Of a stretch of DNA of 64,000 nucleotides, positions 27,070 through 37,248 are shown piece by piece. The DNA is from Holophagales bacterium UBA5066 (lineage in GTDB: Bacteria > Acidobacteriota > Thermoanaerobaculia > UBA5066). The stretch covers positions 741 to 64,740 of the forward strand of contig DIAY01000014.1 of NCBI GenBank assembly GCA_002414905.1, written 5' to 3'. The first letter of the stretch is position 1; every line of letters begins with the position of its first letter. The notes beneath the pieces were generated by a model that saw only the letters and a list, made by a program, of their open reading frames with translations, had not been told where the DNA came from and ran no database searches. A program made the translations under genes and the position numbers.

Positions 27070-28206
27070 ATGAAACGACACATGGTCCTCCCGATCCTCC
27101 TCCTCTCCCTCATCGCGACCTTCGCCGTGCCGGTGTCCGCACAGTCGCTGCCGACTGTGATCGTGGCGACGTCGCCCACCGCCCCGGCGCCGGGCGATGT
27201 GGTCATCCTGAAGCTCTCGGGCCAGTGGCCGGACGGGTGCGTCCCCGAGGCTTCGCGGACGTCTCTGACGCAGGAGAGCTCTCTACTGCGCGTCACGTTC
27301 AACTACTCGGGCTTCTCCGCCAGCTGCACCGCCGTCGTCACGCCCTGGAGCCTCGACGTCTCCGCCGGCATGCTCGCCGCCGGAAGCTACACCGTCGAGG
27401 TCGTACGCACGCGGACCCTCATGCCGGCCGAGACGATCGGCACGGGCGCCTTCACGGTGACCCCGATTCCCGAGTCGACGGTCTGGCTTCCGGGCTTCTC
27501 CGCCACCGGCTCGACCTATGCTCTCACGAGCACGCTGACGGCCTTCAACAACACGGAGAACGCGGCGACGGTCTCGTACCTCGGAGCGTGGGACGCGCTC
27601 GGGGCATATACGTCACCGGCCCCGGTCGAGCTCGACGCTCACGCCGCCGGCATCCTCGACTCGCATTCGCTGCGGGAGGGCCAGGCCGTCCAGATGCTCT
27701 CCCTGCGCGCCCCGCGCCGCGTCGCGCTGCGTGCCACGCTCGAGAGGCTCCAGGCTGGTCCCGAGGCGTCCCCGAACGCTCCCGAGTCGCTGGGCCGGGT
27801 CGAGCTGCCCGTCTTCACCGAGCTCTTCCCGGCCGGTTCGACGGCCGTCGCGGGCGACGTCTCCCTCTCGGCGCTCGAGTGCGCGAGCGGACCCGAGGCA
27901 CGCCGCCGGGTGAACCTCACCCTCTTCAACGCAGGAACCGTGGCGGCGAAGTTCCGCGTCTGGGCGGTCTCTCCCACCGCCGGCCCCGGGGGGAGCAGTC
28001 CGGAGCAGGAGTATTCCGTTCCGGCAACTTCCCTCGTCCAGTTCAACGCGCTCCCGCTCGAGGACCTTCCCGTCTGCCAGGTCGGTGGCGCCTGGTTCCG
28101 AATCACCGGCGACCAGCCGTTCCTGGCCTACGTCTCCACCGTTCGCCCCGAGAACCTGCCCGGCGTCCTGCCGTACGAGATCTTCCCGGCGCGTTCGGAT
28201 CGCTGA
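27070..28206 (+). CDS. Secreted hypothetical protein (378 aa)
   Basis: SD GGAAGGTG plus ATG. Signal peptide MKRHMVLPILLLSLIATFAVPVSAQ. Normal composition and GC3 bias. Divergent from the ECF sigma gene. No family recognised. Confidence 0.65.
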   Translation: MKRHMVLPILLLSLIATFAVPVSAQSLPTVIVATSPTAPAPGDVVILKLSGQWPDGCVPEASRTSLTQESSLLRVTFNYSGFSASCTAVVTPWSLDVSAGMLAAGSYTVEVVRTRTLMPAETIGTGAFTVTPIPESTVWLPGFSATGSTYALTSTLTAFNNTENAATVSYLGAWDALGAYTSPAPVELDAHAAGILDSHSLREGQAVQMLSLRAPRRVALRATLERLQAGPEASPNAPESLGRVELPVFTELFPAGSTAVAGDVSLSALECASGPEARRRVNLTLFNAGTVAAKFRVWAVSPTAGPGGSSPEQEYSVPATSLVQFNALPLEDLPVCQVGGAWFRITGDQPFLAYVSTVRPENLPGVLPYEIFPARSDR

Positions 28207-28228
28207 TCCGTTCCCTTCGTGGACGTGG

Positions 28229-28265
28229 ATCGGGGCGCCCTCACGGGCGCCCCGATTCGTTTCGG
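28229..28265 (+). terminator. Intrinsic terminator-like hairpin after the secreted protein gene
   Basis: atcggggcgccc-tcac-gggcgccccgat (perfect 12-bp stem, 4-nt loop) followed by tcgtttcgg. Confidence 0.55.
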
Positions 28266-28307
28266 AGCCCGGGCGAACCGCGGCCCGGTCCGCCGCGGAC
28301 GTTCCCG

Positions 28308-30362
28308 CTACCAGATGCCCGGCCGGTCGGCCTCGGGCATCACCATCGGGCCGGTGTCCGCGCAGCCGAAGGCGGCGTGGAACTCGGGGAGCGCAGACAG
28401 CGGCCCCAGGACGCGGAAGCGGCCGGGGCTGTGCGGATCGGTGTTGAGGCGCACCCGAAGCGCCTCGTCACGGATGTTGTTCCGCCAGACCGCCGCGTAG
28501 TTGAGGAAGAAGCGCTGGGCAGGGGTGTATCCGTCGATCTTTCCCGCCGTATTCGGGTCCTTGCCAAGCGCCTTGCCAAGCGCCTCATAGGAGACCTTCA
28601 GGCCGCCGAGGTCCGACACGTTCTCGCCGACGGTCAGCTTGCCGTTGATGGACTGATCGGCCAGAGGCCTGTAGCCGTCGAACTGCTTCACGACGAGGGC
28701 CGTCCGCGCGTCGTACGCCTTCCGGTCCTCGTCGGTCCACCAGTTCTTCAGGTTTCCGTCGGCGTCGTAGCGGCTGCCGGAGTCGTCGAAGCCGTGCGTC
28801 ATCTCGTGCCCGATGACGACGCCGATGCCACCATAGTTGACGGCGTCGTCACCGTCGGCCCAGAAGAACGGGGGCTGCAGGATCCCGGCCGGGAAGACGA
28901 TCTCGTTCATCGTCGGGCTGTAGTACGCGTTGACGGTGGGAGGCGTCATCCCCCACTCGGTCCGGTCGATCGGCTTGCCGAGCTTTCCGAGGTTGCGCTT
29001 CACCTCGAAGGCGTTGGCGGCGATCACGTTGTCGAACCAGGACCCGCGGGAAACCTCGAGGTTCGAGTAGTCACGCCACTTGTCGGGGTAGCCGATCTTG
29101 ACCCCGAAGGCCGCGAGCTTCTTCTGCGCAGCCTTCTTCGTCCCGGCGCCCATCCAGGGGGCGGCCTCGATGCGGTCCTTCAGGGAGGCCCGGAGATTCT
29201 CGACGAGAACCTTCATCCGCTCCTTGGACTTCGGAGAGAAGGCCTTCTCGACGTAGATCTGGCCGAGCGCCTCCCCGAGGGCGCTGTCGGTGGCCGCCTG
29301 GACCCGCTTCCAGCGTTCCTCCTGCTCGGGGATGCCATTCAGCGTACGGCCGTAGAAGGCGAACGCCTCCTCGTCGAACCGCTTCGGGAGGTAGGCGGCC
29401 GAAGCGCGCACGAGGTGCCAGCGAAAGTAGGCCTTCCAGGAATCGAGCGGCTCGGAGCCGGCCATCGCGGCGAAGGCGGATGCGAACTCGGGCTGGCGGA
29501 CGTTCAGCTCCTGGCTCTCGGGGACTCCCATCGCGGCGAGGTAGGCCTTCCAGTCGTAGCCCGGGGCGCTTTCGACGAGCCGGGCGACCGTCTGCTTGTT
29601 GTAGTTCTTCTCGGGGTCACGCAGCTCGACGCGGGTGCGCGAGGCCTTCGCGAGCTTCGTTTCGAGGTCCATCACGACGGCGGCTTTCGCCTTCGCGGCG
29701 TCGGCCGGCTCGCCGAGGAGACCCAGCATCTTCGCCACGTGGGAGAGGTACTTCTCGCGGATCTCCTTCGACTTCGCGTCGTCCTTCAGGTAGTAGTCCC
29801 GGTCGGGAAGGCCCAGCCCGCCCTGACTGAGCATCGGGATGTACCGGGTCGTCTCCTTCTGGTCCTGGGCGACGAAAAAGCCGTAGCCGGCCATGAGGCG
29901 CCGGCCGTGCAGCTCGGCAACGAGCTTCGGCAGGCCGGTATTCGACTTCACCCCGTCGATCCTCGCGAGCCAGGGCTCGAGCGGTTTCGTTCCCGCCTTC
30001 TCGATGGCGGCCTCGTCCATACCCGAGGCGAAGAAGTCACCGACTTTCTGCTTCACGCTCCCCTTGGGCCAGTCCGTCTTCGCGGAGGTCTCCTCGAGGA
30101 TCGTCCTCAGGACCGCCCGATTCCGGTCGGCCAGCTCCTCGAAGGAGCCCCAGCGCGACTTGTCGGCCGGAATCGGGTTCGCCTTCAGCCAGCCTCCGAC
30201 GGCGTACTGGTAGAAGTCCTCGCAGGGCTTCACGGACGGATCGAAGGCCGCCGGATCGACGGGCTTCAGGACCGGGCTGGCCGCCAGGGCGGACGGTCCG
30301 GCCGCCGAGGCGACGAGGGAAAAGGTGAGAACGGGGATCACGAGGGCACACTTCGAGCGCAT
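28308..30362 (-). CDS. M13 family zinc metallopeptidase (PepO / endothelin-converting-enzyme-like)
   Basis: Signal peptide. Motifs NAYY, VIGHEMTHGFD (HExxH) and GENVSDLGG. Confidence 0.9.
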   Translation of the reverse strand: MRSKCALVIPVLTFSLVASAAGPSALAASPVLKPVDPAAFDPSVKPCEDFYQYAVGGWLKANPIPADKSRWGSFEELADRNRAVLRTILEETSAKTDWPKGSVKQKVGDFFASGMDEAAIEKAGTKPLEPWLARIDGVKSNTGLPKLVAELHGRRLMAGYGFFVAQDQKETTRYIPMLSQGGLGLPDRDYYLKDDAKSKEIREKYLSHVAKMLGLLGEPADAAKAKAAVVMDLETKLAKASRTRVELRDPEKNYNKQTVARLVESAPGYDWKAYLAAMGVPESQELNVRQPEFASAFAAMAGSEPLDSWKAYFRWHLVRASAAYLPKRFDEEAFAFYGRTLNGIPEQEERWKRVQAATDSALGEALGQIYVEKAFSPKSKERMKVLVENLRASLKDRIEAAPWMGAGTKKAAQKKLAAFGVKIGYPDKWRDYSNLEVSRGSWFDNVIAANAFEVKRNLGKLGKPIDRTEWGMTPPTVNAYYSPTMNEIVFPAGILQPPFFWADGDDAVNYGGIGVVIGHEMTHGFDDSGSRYDADGNLKNWWTDEDRKAYDARTALVVKQFDGYRPLADQSINGKLTVGENVSDLGGLKVSYEALGKALGKDPNTAGKIDGYTPAQRFFLNYAAVWRNNIRDEALRVRLNTDPHSPGRFRVLGPLSALPEFHAAFGCADTGPMVMPEADRPGIW

Positions 30363-30457
30363 CGCTCCTCCTTGCTGGCCGGACTCTACGCGCGAGCGCG
30401 GTGCGGGGGTTCATCTCGTGTGCGACGGGCACCGCCCCGCTCCCGTACGATGAGTCC

Positions 30458-31204
30458 ATGCCCGACGGACCCTCCGCCCTCGCATTCGCGGCGGCCACGA
30501 AGAGCTACGGTCACGTTCTCGCCCTCTCCGGGCTGACGCTCGAGGTCCCGCCCGGAGTCGTCTTCGCGCTCGTCGGGCCGAACGGCGCCGGGAAGACGAC
30601 CGCGATCGGGCTCCTCACCGGGCTCCTCGCCCCGACCTCGGGAACGACGGCCGTCTTCGGCGTCGACGTCGCGACGCGCCCGGTCGACGCCAAGCGGCTC
30701 CTCGGCTTCGTCCCCGACCGTCCCTGGCTCTGGCCCCGCTGGACCCCGCGCGAGTCGCTCCGGTTCGTGGGAGCGGTCTTCGAGGGGCGCGGCCGGGCGC
30801 TCGAGGAGAGGATCGACCGCGAGCTGACGGCTTTCGATCTCGAAGCCGCCGCGGATCTCACGAACGAGACGCTCTCCCACGGTACGCGGCAGAAGGTCGC
30901 GCTCGCGCAGGCGTTCCTCCACGACCCGAGGCTCTTCGTCCTCGACGAGCCGATGGTGGGCCTCGACCCGCTGGCCCAGAGAGTCCTCGTCGGAAGGCTG
31001 CGTGAGCGGACCGCCGGGGGTGCGGCCGTGCTCCTGACGACGCACCAGCTCTCCCTCGCCGAGGAGGTCGCCGACGACGCCGGGGTCCTCGTGAAGGGAA
31101 GTCTCGTGGCCCGCGGACAGCCGCTCGCGATGACGGCCCGCGGCCGGACGGGCCGCCTGTCCGAGCTCTTCTTCGATCTGACGTCGGACGACGGCAGGTC
31201 GTGA
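30458..31204 (+). CDS. ABC transporter ATP-binding protein
   Basis: Trimmed to the ATG at 30458. Walker A GPNGAGKTT, signature LSHGTRQKV, Walker B LFVLDEP. Confidence 0.85.
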   Translation: MPDGPSALAFAAATKSYGHVLALSGLTLEVPPGVVFALVGPNGAGKTTAIGLLTGLLAPTSGTTAVFGVDVATRPVDAKRLLGFVPDRPWLWPRWTPRESLRFVGAVFEGRGRALEERIDRELTAFDLEAAADLTNETLSHGTRQKVALAQAFLHDPRLFVLDEPMVGLDPLAQRVLVGRLRERTAGGAAVLLTTHQLSLAEEVADDAGVLVKGSLVARGQPLAMTARGRTGRLSELFFDLTSDDGRS

Positions 31205-32856
31205 GCGCCGCGCCGACGGCCCTCGCAAGCTCGTTGAAGGCCCTCGCACGCGGTCTGTCGCCCCGCTCGACGTGGGAGGCCGCCGGAGCGCTCTGCGTCG
31301 CCGCCACGGCGCTCGCCCTCGTCCTCGCCGAATACGCCGGCCTGACGTTTCTCCTCCGGATCTCCGAGCGCGGGTTCGTCGAGCTGCCGTCGCTCGTCCC
31401 GTCGATCCTCCTGGAGCGGCTCCTCGCCGGGGCGCTTTCCGGAACGGCCGTCCTCCTCCTCCTCGGCTCGCTCACCACGGCCGTGTCGACGCTGTTCCTT
31501 TCCGAGGAGCTCGTCTTCCGGATGACCCTCCCGATCCCGCATGCGCGGCTCCTCCTCCGGCAGACGGCCGTGACGATCGCACTCTCCTCCGGCCCGGCGC
31601 TCCTCCTCGTCCTGCCCGCGCTGGTCCTGGCCGCACGGCGCGCACCCTCCGCCCTCGCGGGCGCCGGCGCTCTGGCAGCCTCATTCCTCTTCGTCGTCCT
31701 GCTCGCGGGGACTCTGGGCTCGGCGCTCTCCCTCGGCGTCGTCGCGCTCTTCCCGCCTCGTCGCGCCCGGCTCCTCGCGGCATTCCTCTCGACCGCGGGC
31801 CTCGCCGTCGCGCTCGTCGGCGTGCGGAGCGCACGCCCCGAACGCCTCCTCGACCCCGGAGACGCTCTCGAGCTCCTCCTCCGCGTCGGGACGTCGCCCG
31901 TGGACGCCCCGGGATGGAACCCGCTCGCCCTCGCCGCGAACGCGGCGACCCGGGGTCTCGCGGGGGACTACGCGGGCCTCCGGATCGCGCTCGTGCTGCT
32001 CGCGTCGGCCGTCGTTCTCCTCGTGATCCTCTCCACAGTCCTCGCGCCACTCCACCTGCGACTCCTCCGCCAGAGCCGCGAGGAGGGCGAGGCCCCTGCC
32101 GGCCGCCGAACCGTCCGTCTCGCCGCCTCCGCGACGGCCGAGCTCCTCCGGGCCGAGATGCGAACGCTCCTGCGGGACGCGGCGACCCCCGCGCAGCTCG
32201 GCACGCTCACGGCGGTCTTCGTCCTCGACCTCCTGAACCTGCGGCTGCTCCCCTCCGGCGACGCCGCGTCCCGTGACATCGTCCACGGCTTCCAGACAGG
32301 CCTGGGCCTTTTCCTCGTCTCGGCCCTCTCGCTGCGCTTCGCCTACCCCGCCGTGTCGACGGACGGCCGGGCCGCGCTGCTCCTGCGGACGCTTCCCCAC
32401 TCCCCCGTAAGCCATCTCGTCGCCCGGTGGGTCGTCCGGGCCGTGCCCTCGCTCTCGGCCGCGCTCCTGCTCGCGATCGCGTCGGCGGTCGTCCTCAAGG
32501 CCTCGGGTTTCGCCCTCGCCGCGGCCCTCGCCGCCGCCGCCGTCGGCGGCCTCGCGATCCCCGCCCTCCAGCTCGGTCTCGGGGCTCTCTTCCCGCGCTA
32601 CGACGCCCCGAATCCCGTCTCGGTCGCCCTCGGTCCCGGCGGCCTCTTTGCGATGGCCCTCTCGACTCTGCTGGCGGTGGTGCCGGTCCTCTTCGTGAGT
32701 GAAGGTCTCCGGAGCCTCCTCGAGATGCTCCTCGGCGTCCGGCTGGACTCGCGCCTGCTGCTGGCAGCATGGAGCACCCTGGCGGCTGCTCTCGCGGCCG
32801 GGGCGCTGTTCGCCGCCGCGAGGCGCCTGCCCCGCGCCGACCTCCCGGCCAGCTGA
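31201..32856 (+). CDS. Polytopic membrane protein coupled to the ABC ATPase (putative permease/exporter component)
   Basis: GTG start overlaps the ATPase stop (GTGA, 31201-31204). About 10-12 hydrophobic segments. No specific family recognised. Confidence 0.65.
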   Translation: MSAAPTALASSLKALARGLSPRSTWEAAGALCVAATALALVLAEYAGLTFLLRISERGFVELPSLVPSILLERLLAGALSGTAVLLLLGSLTTAVSTLFLSEELVFRMTLPIPHARLLLRQTAVTIALSSGPALLLVLPALVLAARRAPSALAGAGALAASFLFVVLLAGTLGSALSLGVVALFPPRRARLLAAFLSTAGLAVALVGVRSARPERLLDPGDALELLLRVGTSPVDAPGWNPLALAANAATRGLAGDYAGLRIALVLLASAVVLLVILSTVLAPLHLRLLRQSREEGEAPAGRRTVRLAASATAELLRAEMRTLLRDAATPAQLGTLTAVFVLDLLNLRLLPSGDAASRDIVHGFQTGLGLFLVSALSLRFAYPAVSTDGRAALLLRTLPHSPVSHLVARWVVRAVPSLSAALLLAIASAVVLKASGFALAAALAAAAVGGLAIPALQLGLGALFPRYDAPNPVSVALGPGGLFAMALSTLLAVVPVLFVSEGLRSLLEMLLGVRLDSRLLLAAWSTLAAALAAGALFAAARRLPRADLPAS

Positions 32857-32859
32857 CGA

Positions 32860-33774
32860 TCAGGCGACGCGGTGCCGCGGCGCCTCTCCGCCCAGCACCC
32901 GGACGACCTCTTCGCACGCCGTCCGGGCCATTGCGAGGCGGGTCTGGAGGGTCGAGGAGCCGAGATGCGGCAGGAGGACGACGTTCGCGAACGTCAGGAG
33001 GGCCTGGTGGACCGCCGGCTCCCTCTCGAAGACGTCGAGCCCCGCGCCGCCGAGGTGGCCCGAGGCGAGGGCGGCGGCGAGCGCGGCCTCGTCGACGATC
33101 GGCCCGCGCGCCGTGTTGACGAGGATCGCACCCTCCTTCATCCGCGCCAGCTCGTCCGCGCCGAATCGGCCGCGCGTTTCCGGCGTGAGTGGCGCATGGA
33201 TCGTCAGGACGTCCGACTCCGCGAGCAGGCGCTCGAAGGCCTCGGGCGGGTCGTCTCCCGCAAGGGAGATGACCTTCATCCGGAACGCCTCGGCGCGACG
33301 GGCCACAGCCCGTCCGATCCGGCCCAGCCCGTAGACACCGAGCGTCCTTCCCTCGAGCGAGAGTCCCATCAGCTCGAGCGGCTTCCATCCATCCCAGCTC
33401 CCGGAGCGGATCAGCGCGTCCCCTTCGCGGAAACGCCGGGCGACGGCGAGGATGAGGAGCCACGTGAGGTCGGCGGTCGCCTCGGTCAGGACTCCGGGCG
33501 TGTTCGTCACGACCACGCCCAGCCTCCGACACGCGTCGAGATCGACGTTGTCGGTCCCGACGGCGCAGTTGGAGACGATCTTCAGGTGCGGCGCGAGCGA
33601 CAGAAGGGCCTCTGTCACTTTCTCCCGGGGGGTCGGAATGACTGCGAAAGAGTCGGGAAAGTACAAGGGCGCTTCGGCGTCCCAGGCGCCGGGGCGCCCG
33701 ACGACGACCTCGAAGCCCGCGAGGATCTCGGTCGTGGAGGGCTCGGGGAGGGGCTGCGACACGAAGACCTTCAC
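32860..33774 (-). CDS. D-isomer-specific 2-hydroxyacid dehydrogenase (glyoxylate/hydroxypyruvate reductase-like)
   Basis: Motifs GVYGLGRIGRAVARRA, LVNTARG and LPHLGSST. GTG start at 33774. Confidence 0.9.
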   Translation of the reverse strand: MKVFVSQPLPEPSTTEILAGFEVVVGRPGAWDAEAPLYFPDSFAVIPTPREKVTEALLSLAPHLKIVSNCAVGTDNVDLDACRRLGVVVTNTPGVLTEATADLTWLLILAVARRFREGDALIRSGSWDGWKPLELMGLSLEGRTLGVYGLGRIGRAVARRAEAFRMKVISLAGDDPPEAFERLLAESDVLTIHAPLTPETRGRFGADELARMKEGAILVNTARGPIVDEAALAAALASGHLGGAGLDVFEREPAVHQALLTFANVVLLPHLGSSTLQTRLAMARTACEEVVRVLGGEAPRHRVA

Positions 33775-33868
33775 CCGGACAGGTTACCGCCACCAGAAGG
33801 TACGATCCGGCCCTGCATGGAGCACCACTGGCGAACTTTTGCCGCTCCCCGTCCGTAGATAGCGGGAC

Positions 33869-36298
33869 ATGAAGGCGACACGCGCCCTCGCCCTCGGCGC
33901 ACTCGGCGCTTCACTGATCGCGATGGCCCTGCCTCGCTTCGAGGCGGCGCAGCCGCGGGGCCTCTCCATCACCCGGCCTCAGGCCGTCCGGATCGCCGAC
34001 GTCGAAGCCCGCCGCCTCGGCATTCCGGTGGACAGGGCGTTCCGGACGGAGACCTGGGAAGAGAACCCCCTGCTCGAGCAGGAGCTCTCGAAGGACACTG
34101 CCGCCCGGCGGCGTCTCGCGACCGACGCCGTCGTCGGTCCCCGGCTCGGCGGCTTCCGCGTCACCTACTTCCGGCCGGGCCTCGAGAAGTTCCCGGAGTT
34201 CGGTTACGTCGTCGTCGGACTCCACGGCGGGATCCTCGGGGCGCGGACCCGGGCCCGCGCCGAGGAGAAAGGGGCGCAGCCTGCCATAGCCGACCTGCGC
34301 CTCGCCGCCGACCGCTTCGCCGCGTCCAGGGCCTTTCCGGGAGCACCCCGCCCCGAGTTCGACAGCGCGCGGCCCACCGTCCTCAGGGAGAGGACCGACC
34401 ACATCTTCCGGTACCGCGTTCCTCACGCTGGCCCGCCCGAGACCGTTTCGTTCTTCCTGAACGTCTACTTCGTCGGCGAACGTCTGTCCGGGTGGGACCT
34501 GTACGAGGAGTACCGCGACGGGCGTGCGTTCCGGTACGAGCTGGGCGGCAGCATCGTCACCACGCTGCTGCGGTTCGTCTCCGTCTTCGGTCTCCTCTTT
34601 CTCCTCCTGGGGATCTTCCTGAAGAAGTACCACGCCGGAGAGGTAGGGGTCGGGACCGGCGCCTGGCTCTTCGGTGGCCAGCTCCTCCTCCTGCTGCTCG
34701 TCGACGTTTCGCTCTATCGAGCCCAGGGCTACGGGGTCGGCTTCGGCGGCACGGACGCCTTCCAGACGGCGGCAGCGCAGGCCGCGTTCCGGTTCCTCTT
34801 CTTCGACGTGCCGCTGGCGACACTGGTCTTCCTCTCGTGGTCGGTGGGCGAGAGCTACGCCCGCGAGCGTTGGGGCGACCGCCTCGCATCGTTCGACGCG
34901 CTCCTGCGGAGAGACCCGTTCAACGCGACGGTCGGAGGTTCGCTTCTCACCGGCCTCCTCGTCTCGCCCGCGGTCGCCGCGGCGGCGCTCGTCCCGTTCC
35001 TACCGTCGATCGCCCTCGGGAAGGCGGTTCCCGTTCTCGGCGACCTCTCGACTCTCGTCCTCTCGTCCGAGGCGGGTCCGGCGACGGCGGTCCTGGTGGC
35101 GCTGGGAAGCGCGATTCCCGTCGCCGTCGTGGCAATCCTCTTCGCCCTTTCGGCGTTCCACCGCCGCCGGTTTCTCGTGCTCGGCTTCGTCGCGTCCGCC
35201 GTCATCGGCTCGGTCCTCGCGATCGGCCTCGCTCCCGTCGGTCCCGAGGTTCCCAGGTTCCTCCTCGGATTCGGAGCGCCGCTGGCGGCCGCAGGCGTCT
35301 TCATCGCTTCCGACCTCCTCGCCTCGGCCGTGTCGCTGTTCGGGGCGACGCTCCTTCTCGGGCTCCTTCCCCTCCTGCGCTCTTTCGAGGGGCCGGCGCT
35401 CCACGGCACGGCCGCGGCTCTCCTCGCACCCTTGCTCGTCCTTCTCGTCCTCGCGGTGGCGGGACTCGCCACGAAGCGGACCGTCCAGTACCGCTACGAG
35501 GACCTCGCGCCACACGTGAGGCGGATCGCCGAGCGCGAGCGGGTCAAGGCCGAGATCGACGCCGCGAACCGCATCCAGGCGGCGCTCCTCCCGCCGAGCG
35601 ACCCCAAGCTGCCGGGTGTCGTCGTCGCGTCCCACTACCGCGCCGCCACCGAGATCGGGGGCGACTACTTCGACTTCCTCCCGCTCTCCGAAGGTCGGCT
35701 CGGCCTCGCGTTCGGCGACGTCGCGGGCCACGGCCTCACGAGCGGTATCGTGATGGCGATGGCGAAGTCGGCCCTCCTCGTCCAGACCGGGCACGACCCC
35801 TCGCCCGTCCGCGTCATGGAGGTGCTGAACGAGACGGTGAGGAAGACGGCGCCGAAGCGGATGCTGATGACGTTCTTCTTCGGCGTCCTCGACCCACCCA
35901 CCGGGACGCTCCGCTACTGCTCCGCCGGGCACCTCGACCCGTACGTCGTCCGCGCGGGAGGCGGGGCGGTCGAGCCCCTCTCCGCCTGGGGCTTCCCGCT
36001 CGGCGTGAAGCGGCGCGAGCCGTTCGTCGAGCACGTGTCGCAGCTCCACCCCGGCGACCGGCTCGTCCTCTACAGCGACGGTCTCATCGAGGCGCTCGAC
36101 GACGACGGCGAGCCGTTCGGCTTCACGCGCTTCGAGGACGTCCTGCGCGACGCGGCGCGCGACGGCGCAAGCGAGATCCGCCACTCGCTCCTGGCGGCCG
36201 TGAAGCGGTTCACGCGCAACCGCCCGCCGGAGGACGACCAGACCCTCGTCGTCCTGTCGCTCAGCGCCGGACTGGCCACAGGCGAAGCGGCGGCCTGA
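33869..36298 (+). CDS. Membrane-bound PP2C-family (SpoIIE/RsbU-type) serine phosphatase with large multi-TM N-terminal region
   Basis: About 10 TM segments followed by the SpoIIE domain: ANRIQAALLP, ATEIGGDYFDF, FGDVAGHGLTSG, LVLYSDGLIEA, EDDQTLVVL. Confidence 0.85.
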   Translation: MKATRALALGALGASLIAMALPRFEAAQPRGLSITRPQAVRIADVEARRLGIPVDRAFRTETWEENPLLEQELSKDTAARRRLATDAVVGPRLGGFRVTYFRPGLEKFPEFGYVVVGLHGGILGARTRARAEEKGAQPAIADLRLAADRFAASRAFPGAPRPEFDSARPTVLRERTDHIFRYRVPHAGPPETVSFFLNVYFVGERLSGWDLYEEYRDGRAFRYELGGSIVTTLLRFVSVFGLLFLLLGIFLKKYHAGEVGVGTGAWLFGGQLLLLLLVDVSLYRAQGYGVGFGGTDAFQTAAAQAAFRFLFFDVPLATLVFLSWSVGESYARERWGDRLASFDALLRRDPFNATVGGSLLTGLLVSPAVAAAALVPFLPSIALGKAVPVLGDLSTLVLSSEAGPATAVLVALGSAIPVAVVAILFALSAFHRRRFLVLGFVASAVIGSVLAIGLAPVGPEVPRFLLGFGAPLAAAGVFIASDLLASAVSLFGATLLLGLLPLLRSFEGPALHGTAAALLAPLLVLLVLAVAGLATKRTVQYRYEDLAPHVRRIAERERVKAEIDAANRIQAALLPPSDPKLPGVVVASHYRAATEIGGDYFDFLPLSEGRLGLAFGDVAGHGLTSGIVMAMAKSALLVQTGHDPSPVRVMEVLNETVRKTAPKRMLMTFFFGVLDPPTGTLRYCSAGHLDPYVVRAGGGAVEPLSAWGFPLGVKRREPFVEHVSQLHPGDRLVLYSDGLIEALDDDGEPFGFTRFEDVLRDAARDGASEIRHSLLAAVKRFTRNRPPEDDQTLVVLSLSAGLATGEAAA

Positions 36299-36332
36299 GG
36301 ACCGCGAGCACCCCGCCCGCCGGGGCCCGCCG

Positions 36333-37247
36333 TCAGGGCTCGCGCCGGGCCGCCCTGGCTTCCTCGAGCTCTTCGAGCGTCTTCGGCCAGTCGTCCTTCA
36401 GAAGGCGCGAGAGCGCACGGTCGGCCAGGAGTCTGCCGCCGGTCTGGCAGGTGGCGCAGTAGTTCGCCTCGTTGTCGGCGTAGACGAGGCGCTGCACCAG
36501 GTCGCCGCACGCGGGGCACGGCTTGCCGAACCTGCCGTGGACGGCGAAATCCGCGCGGAAGGCGGTCACCTTTTCGGGAAAGCGCTCCCCCGCCTCGGCG
36601 CGGAGGCGCGCGAGCCACGAGGCGAGCGTCGTCCGCGTCGCCGCGTGGAGGCAGGCCACGTCTTCATCCGCGAGCTTTCGCGTGAGCGCGAAGGGCGACA
36701 TTCGCGCTGCATGGAGGATCTCGTCGGAATACGCGTTCCCGATGCCGCTGAAGAGGCGCGGGTCCGTCAGCGCGCGCTTGACGGTGTGGCTCTCGGATCG
36801 GAGGGCCGCGGCGAACACGGCGACGCCAGCCTCGAGCGGCTCGACTCCGCCGCGCGAGAGGGCCGCGAGCTCGTCCTGGGTCGCGACGACGTGGAGGGCC
36901 GCCTTCTTCTTCGGGCTCGCCTCGGTCAGCAGGAGCGTCGCACCCGGGACGTCAAAGGCGGCGAGGCCGACCTTCTTCGGCACCGGCGCACGCGCCGCGT
37001 CCTTCCAGTGGAAGCGCCCCGCGATCATCAGGTGGACGACGAGGAACGGCCCGCCGTCGAGCTCGAAGACGACTCTCTTCCCGAGCCTCCGGAACCCGCG
37101 GATCGTCTTCCCTTCGGCGGCCGAAAGCGGCGGAACAACCGTCCGGAGGAGGAACGGCGAGACGACGCGGACCTTCTCGAGCGTCCGCCCCGCGAGCTTC
37201 CGGGTCAGGTGCTCGACGTAGAGCGCGACGTCGGGGAGCTCGGGCAC
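36333..37247 (-). CDS. Fpg/Nei family DNA glycosylase / AP lyase
   Basis: N-terminal MPELPDV (catalytic Pro2), an H2TH region and a C-terminal zinc finger CPACG..x..CATCQ. The start is 1 nt after the stop of the upstream gene. Confidence 0.85.
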   Translation of the reverse strand: MPELPDVALYVEHLTRKLAGRTLEKVRVVSPFLLRTVVPPLSAAEGKTIRGFRRLGKRVVFELDGGPFLVVHLMIAGRFHWKDAARAPVPKKVGLAAFDVPGATLLLTEASPKKKAALHVVATQDELAALSRGGVEPLEAGVAVFAAALRSESHTVKRALTDPRLFSGIGNAYSDEILHAARMSPFALTRKLADEDVACLHAATRTTLASWLARLRAEAGERFPEKVTAFRADFAVHGRFGKPCPACGDLVQRLVYADNEANYCATCQTGGRLLADRALSRLLKDDWPKTLEELEEARAARREP

Positions 37248-37248
37248 G

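Noticed and set aside
27066-30536. 1156-aa plus-strand ORF
   Set aside because: It shares its first kilobase, in another frame, with the signal-peptide protein 27070..28206, and is then antisense to the M13 peptidase (HEMTHGFD, NAYY). The translation is Arg/Gly/Pro-rich with no motifs.
34492-36462. 656-aa plus-strand ORF overlapping the SpoIIE phosphatase gene in another frame
   Set aside because: Arg/Pro-rich nonsense-like translation. The 33869..36298 frame has TM segments and all PP2C/SpoIIE motifs.
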